From positions 12,896,001 to 12,960,000 of the forward strand of contig CM022669.1 in NCBI GenBank assembly GCA_012295275.1: a DNA stretch of 64,000 nt. The letters run 5' to 3'. The first letter of the stretch is position 1; each line of letters starts with the position of its first letter. A model generated the notes under the pieces. That model was given only the letters and a program-made list of their open reading frames with translations. It did no database searches and was not told the origin of the DNA. Position numbers and translations under genes: made by a program. Positions 57,241 through 64,000 of the stretch are shown here, one piece after another. This stretch comes from Chrysomallon squamiferum. Lineage: Eukaryota; Animalia; Mollusca.

Positions 57241-59270
57241 ATACATAAATAAAATAAATAAGTAAACAAATAAATAAACAAACCAATAAACAAACAAACA
57301 CATAAATAAATAAATAAATAAATAAATAACTCCGCCATATCTTAAATATATCTCTTGAACGGGATATTCAAGGCAATTCAACGGTTGATTAACCAATCGA
57401 TTTAAATTAAAAATTCAACCATCATATTCCGGTGAGAATACGGTAACGACGCCAACGAACAATAGGGTATTGAACTGTCTGCGAAAACGCGAAGTGTACC
57501 GTAAAGTTCTAAACAAAACCAACGCTGCGTTATCCAGTTTACGTGTCTCCGTTAATAATCGTATAAGTAAGAGTTCAGACTGCGATCAACTGGTGCATAC
57601 ATTATTACTGTAAACCGTCTTTATCCGTGAGCCCGAAACCTATAACACAATAATGTGTGGCATTCATTTTATGTATGTGTATGTGGGTTTTTTGATTTTT
57701 TGAATATTTATACTGTATGAATGAAACGTTTGAATGCTACTTACGGTAATACACTGTGATGCGGATGGCAGTTTAATACTGTTTTGTCGTCATATGCGCA
57801 TCGTTATATAATTAGACGCCGTTTGCGAGAGCACCAGATAACCCACACTGACAAGTCAAGATACAATGGTAAATATAAAAACGTAAAACACGCTAATCAA
57901 TATTAATTAAATGACTGTTTATTTTATTATAGAAAAAAATCACTCGAATGAAGGAAAGCTTGTAGACAAATCTATGTAGGGATGGTATATTTAATTAAAT
58001 ATGTATGCCTGGGTGTGTGATGCTGTATTATATTTATAAAGGCGCGTGTATGATTGTAAGTGTGACCGTTTATAAGAGTCTGTAAAGTGATTTTTGTTTT
58101 CTTCCAGTCTGTGATAAAAGAACATAAAACAATTCTTGATAGCAGCAGATAACAGTCGCTACTGGAATGGCGTCGGTGGGTTTTTCTCTCTCGTAACCGA
58201 CATAACGCGAGAGCTCTGTAAAATTCAGCAAATGTTACTGATACAGTGTGATGAAAAACCGTAGATTAAGAACAATTTAAAATCTAAATTTTTTTAAAAT
58301 CCCCTCTTAGAAAAAAAAAGAAGAAAAAAAAAAAGTAGTTCTATTGTTAAATCACTTAATGTTACATTCTGGTCCTAAATGATATTTTGATTACAATATC
58401 TTGCCAGGACTTACGAAAGACTGGATAACAGATACACAATAATGCTTTTTTTTTTTTTTTTTTTTTCTAAATCCTAACTTACAAATGCAAAATACTACCA
58501 TGTTGATACGTATCTGATGGAGCAAATATGTTCCTCTGCTGCTACTGCTAATACTACCTCTACTTTACTACTACTACTATTAATATAGCTACTACTACTA
58601 CTACAGCTATTACTATTCCTATTCCAATATCACTACCACAGTGACCACTATTTTAGACATAATACACAGAAATGTCTACAATACAAATCCATGGTTTCTG
58701 GAACTCTGCTTGAATGAACCGCGTTTTTAACGCTCGAAAAAGCTGTTAACAAAAGCTACAACTACGGTTACACAAAGACTGACAAATGCTGCTAAATAAC
58801 ACGAGCACGACAAAATGGCAGCACTAACGATAATTACAAAAGGTGCACGTGTTAAATCATGACCACCAAACTTGTGTCCCGCAAACCAAAATCGATTCGC
58901 TTTTCAATTCAGGATTGCCGAGACGAATAATCCACTATATACACATTAGTCTTATATAATGGCATCAGTGTGTTAGAGAAATAGAATTATTAATTGCTTC
59001 AGGCTTTTCATAACGAGACAATGGAATACTATATAGTTTCTTGTTGGTAGGACATACTGTAAAGGAATGTTCTTTCACGCATATTTTTGATCTGAATAAA
59101 GCAGTCTGTATTAATAATAACAACGTTTATTAGAATGAACTCGTTAGACATCCACTGTCTCCTAGGACGAACTGAAAAACAGTCCCCCAGCGGTTTAAAG
59201 ATTTATTAATCTGCTATTAGTGGAACGAATAAGAAGGAGACATTGTAATGCATGACATGGTCCGTATGTG

Positions 59271-59315
<45 letters not shown>

Positions 59316-59390
59316 ACTAATTGCGCGATGATAATTATATTATCATTAATGACGTCGGCAAACAGACTATGACATGTTGTTATTATTATT

Positions 59391-59425
<35 letters not shown>

Positions 59426-59627
59426 GATTGTTCATGATATTGTTATTGTCGTCCTTACATACTTTGGTGAACTTTTTGTATATCATTTAATCGTATGCTT
59501 CTATTTCGCGACCTTTGACAGCTGGCGATATTAACCTTCTTTACTGAGTATACTAACTCTTTTGTACAACATTCTGTCATTGTACAGTCATTGCTGCATT
59601 TTGCTAATTTAGTATTTTGCTAACACT

Positions 59628-59960
59628 TACACTACAGGATTCTTTTTTTCTGTTACCTCCGGTACTACAGTCTGTTAATTTCCTGGTATTGTAGGATATT
59701 CGTTTCCTGTTACCTTTGCACTACAGTTTCACCGCTTTTTGTTATCATTGATAGGATAGGATCGCCACTTCTACTGTTTTTTGCTTCTACAGGATATCCT
59801 TTTTCTGTTATCACTGTTTGTACTGCAGGATATCCGTTTTCTTTTACCAATGTCTGTACTGCAGAATATCCTTTTCCTGTTACCACTGTCTGTACTGCAG
59901 GATATCCGTTTTCTGTTACCACTGTCTGTACAGGATCGTGGTTACGTGTTACCACTCGCA
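59628..59960. repeat. 36-bp minisatellite
   Basis: Units resembling ttaccactgtctgtactgcaggatatccgttttctg. About 4 well-conserved copies (59785-59937) plus degenerate flanking copies. Confidence 0.85.
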
Positions 59961-61153
59961 CTACGGAATCGTACTACAAACAAACGGCTACCGCACAAAC
60001 AAAAAGCGTGAAGAGACTTACAAAAGACTTCACGAACATTCCGCGCAGTGAAGGCAATGAACTCTGAACAAGGAGACTTCCGCTACGTGAAGTGATGTAT
60101 GAAGGATTCTGTTCAGAGCTGCCAAGAAAGTAAATATTTTTCTAGAGTTCTTTGCGGTACTTCAGTGCCTACTTTACAGCCCGTTTTTGCAAAGCTGTTT
60201 CCACTTAAGTGACTGTTATCGCCTTGATAATGTATTGACAAGTATGAGATCTTTCCAGCTCTCGCCTAATCCCGCACGCATGATTTGAAATCAAAGTTCG
60301 TGTTTATCAACGTGTCCACGTTTTATGAACACGAAGCACAAGACGGCGGTTAGAGATTGGCTTTTATTACCGCATTAAATTGTCTCGGTTTTGGAGTCTC
60401 GATTGACGGAATTGCTTGCTTGTTTGTTTGCTTGCTTGTTTGCTTGTATGTTTGTTTGTTTGTTTGTTTGTTTGTTTGTTTCTTTAGTGTTGCTAGTGGA
60501 CTCACTAGAATCTAGTGTTAGCAACAGTAATAGTAATATAACAAACGTAATAGGCTTAATAGTAATAATATAAGTACTAGCACTAGCAGTAGCAGTAGTC
60601 GCAGTAGTAGCAGTAGCAGCAGTAGCAGCAGTAGCATCAGTAGCAGCAGTAGTAGTAGTAGAAGAAGAAGAAGAAGAAGAAATAACAACAGTTCTGGTAA
60701 TGGTAGTAATAATTAAAGTAACTTATGTAGAATGATTGTTTTTGTTTTTCTGGTTTCTTTCTGTACTGACTAAGGCGTCATCGCCGTCGTCATCATCATC
60801 ACTATTAGTGTTACTATTATTATTATCATCGGTGGTGTTGCTGTAGTTGTTATTTTAAATACGAAACTATATTTGCTTCCTAAGACGTAGGTAATTAATG
60901 TTTAATTATATTATGACGTCTTGGGATTATAGACATTTTGTGTCTGTTATATTTGTGAAAGATGTAAACACGGCGTTTTGGTTTGGCCAGTAGTAGGCCT
61001 AAAGCTCTTCAGCTAACTAAGAACTAAGCAGTATATATGACGATTATATATTTAAAAAAAATTATAAATGTAAAATTCAGTTCGATCAAGACAGTTGCTA
61101 GGCAGCCTTACACATTGATGTAACTAAGTACACTAGTACATTGGTTTTTATAT

Positions 61154-61184
<31 letters not shown>

Positions 61185-61604
61185 TCTCTTCTTTTTTGGG
61201 GTCTAGATAACAACAACAATAGTAATAATAATAACAACAAAGACAATAAATAAATAAATTCATTCACTCACTCATTCATTTATTCGTTCGCTCATTAATC
61301 AGAGCTTTTGTTTACTATGTTCAGAATATAAGCTCTTCGACGCATTAATATACAACACACTGTATACAATACTTAATACTGTGTTAAGTTTTCTAGTACT
61401 GAATCAGTATTGCTGACCAGACCAATGTCAAGGTCCGTTATCTTCAATCAGAACCTAACAAACGATTAAAGCTCGTATAAGCTTTGGTGCACGTTCTCCA
61501 GTTGACATGTCGTTGCCTTAAGTAGCTTAACTTAGTTTAAGACAGTTTACTGGATTCTGTGTCTCATAGCATGGGTCAGTCGTTGTTTACGTTGGACCTG
61601 GGTT

Positions 61605-61656
<52 letters not shown>

Positions 61657-61812
61657 GAAGAAGAAGAACAACAACAACAACAAGAACAGGATGATGCTGA
61701 TGATGATAACGAAATATGTGGTCCTAAGAAATAGTAGCAGTAGTACTAGTAGTAGTAGTAGTGGTAGTAGTAGTAATAGTAATATTAGTAGAGCAGTAGT
61801 AGTAGTATAGTT

Positions 61813-61855
<43 letters not shown>

Positions 61856-64000
61856 CTGTAATGGCATGGAAGTGGTAGCAGTAGAAGTATTTGTTGTAGT
61901 AGTAGTAGTAGAAGTGATGGTAGCACTACAGATAGTTCTTGTTATTACAAAAGGAAAATGATGACGATGATGGTGGTGATTTAGCAAATCATAACCAGGA
62001 AGTATGAACGTTTAAAATGCATAGACAATTTAAACGATTTGATTACGGCTTCGTTTTTCTTCTTTCTTTTTTCTTTTTTTTTGTGTGTGTTTTATCTTGA
62101 GACCCTTTACCCATCACATCAATACCTGTTTTATTGCATAAAACATTTTTTTTACAGAACATAAAAACTTTGACACTATTCCACTCTAGACTCAAATCCT
62201 ACTCAGCACTTCAAAGTGCCTGTTCTATAATAACCTTTTCAGCGCCACAGATTGAATCCTGTGCTGTAACGCTGTTAAGTAAACTGTCCCTTTTCAGTCA
62301 TTTAGCTTTACTCTTGTGTACAATTACTTTACAGGAATATTTTAAACGGCATCCGTTACGCCGAGCGTCTGTTATACGACATTGCATCTAAAAGTTTACC
62401 AGCGAGATTTTCTCGTTTCGCTCGAAGACCCGCTCTCAATTACGTTCTCCAACGACATTTACATTTGTAAATGAAAAAAAAAAGAAGAAGAAAAAACAGA
62501 AAAAGGAATAGCAATGATTTCACGATAGTGTGGTAATTCGGTGGAATATGGCTGTGTTTTATATTGTGTTGTCTTTTGTCATTACCATATGTAAATACTG
62601 TTACATTTTTATTTTATTTTTTTTCTTCTTCTTCTTCTTTTTCTCTGTCCCTGCACGGTTCGTGGATCCAAGGCGAGCTGTTTATCGTAGCAAATGTAAG
62701 TTGTTAATAAATCGATTATCGCTGAATAGATTCATAACGGTTTATGTGCGAACAGGATCGATATATTAACGGCCGGAACGATTAATCTTTTCATATAGCA
62801 TTAACAAATTTAATAAATGTAAAAAAAAAAAAAAAAAAAAAATTATTTTTTATTTAACAACATCTAATATCCTGTTTTAATTGTCGTTATCTTTTTAAAT
62901 TTTCATGTTATTTTGTTACGTGTTTGTTTTCACAGACAACGAAAACTTGTTCGTTAAACACACAACAGAGCGAAAACAAAAATAAAAATCAATATATAAC
63001 ATAGAAACATTAAAACTGTATGTACGTGAGTCTGTGCTGTGTAAACTGTAACTAATTGAAATGATTGTTTCTGTGATAATGTATTGTATGAGATGTAAAA
63101 GTGACTCGTCATTCATTTTGGCAGAGGTGTTTTCTTTCTGTTGCCATGACTGAAATTTCATTATATCAGTTTCGTATAAAATACGTTTAATACCTCATAT
63201 CATCTGTTATTAAAATGTTCTAAATTGTTAATATAGACAAGTAAGTTGGTCGATATGTAAAGAGTTAGATAAGTAACAGGTAGACAAACGTATGAGTAGA
63301 CAGGTAGGTAAGCAAGACGACAGGTAGGCAGGCAGGTAGCAGTGGAGATAGTTGGTACGTCATAACTGGATAGATAGAAATTTAGGTAGGTAGAGACTAG
63401 CTAAATGGACAGACATACAGAGAAACGTACAAGCCGTCAGAGAGTCAGGACTATATGTAGACAGACTGGAAGGTAAGTATGAAAATAGAATGATAGATTC
63501 GTTGGTAAGTAGATGGATGGAGGCGGTTTGGAAGTCAGAGGGGATGATAAAAAAATATCAAAAGAAAAGCAGGCAGATAAATAAAGTGATAGAGACATAG
63601 GGGATGGGTAATTAAAAAAAAAAAAAAACAACTACAGATTTAATTCAAATAGTAAAATAAATAGAGAAAGGGACAGAGCAGTCTTAAACCAAAATTACTG
63701 GCATGTAGAACATAATATTTTAAATGACACACTCCTACATCAGCACCTGAGTTAAACAAAACAGAGAGAGACACATCGTAATATCAGAGACGTCGATCCG
63801 CAAATATATTCAGAAATCATTAACACCATTGATCCAAGTGGCCGCTGTGGACGCTGTAACAAGATGTCAATGGAGCGATCAATTGTCCACTTTTGCCATG
63901 ACGTCGCGCCTGTTTGTTCGCACCCGATTCCAGACTCATGACGCATTGTGCGTCGATCGATCTTCATCAAATAGATGGGCTTTTTATTAGCTGTTAATGA

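Noticed and set aside
59628-59960. 36-bp repeats as a CRISPR array
   Set aside because: The units are contiguous without unique spacers, the context is eukaryotic, and there are no cas genes.

Overview
AT-rich, microsatellite-dense animal genomic DNA. The repeat content and gene style suggest a mollusc, possibly a gastropod (inference). Nearly all ORFs in the supplied track are simple-repeat artefacts. The main feature is one large minus-strand gene for a two-Ig-domain, probably GPI-anchored Dpr/ZIG-8-like neuronal surface protein. I reconstructed it by hand from splice signals and phase continuity: 48140-48004 (Ig1 N-half), 30933-30720 (Ig1 C-half), candidate 36-nt linker microexon 14701-14666, 12881-12591 (Ig2), 24-nt microexon 11317-11294 and terminal exon 7700-7555 (GPI-signal-like tail). 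A likely poly(A) site lies near 3065-3086. No signal-peptide exon was found on the minus strand. However, a promoter-like island plus a phase-matched signal-peptide exon sits on the PLUS strand at about 52550-53038. Also present are a TA-flanked Tigger/pogo-type MITE, a degraded tRNA-derived SINE with internal duplications, several minisatellites and intronic enhancer-like motif clusters. There is no CRISPR array, rRNA, intact tRNA or transposase ORF. I found no firmly supported novel system; the best leads are listed as hypotheses.
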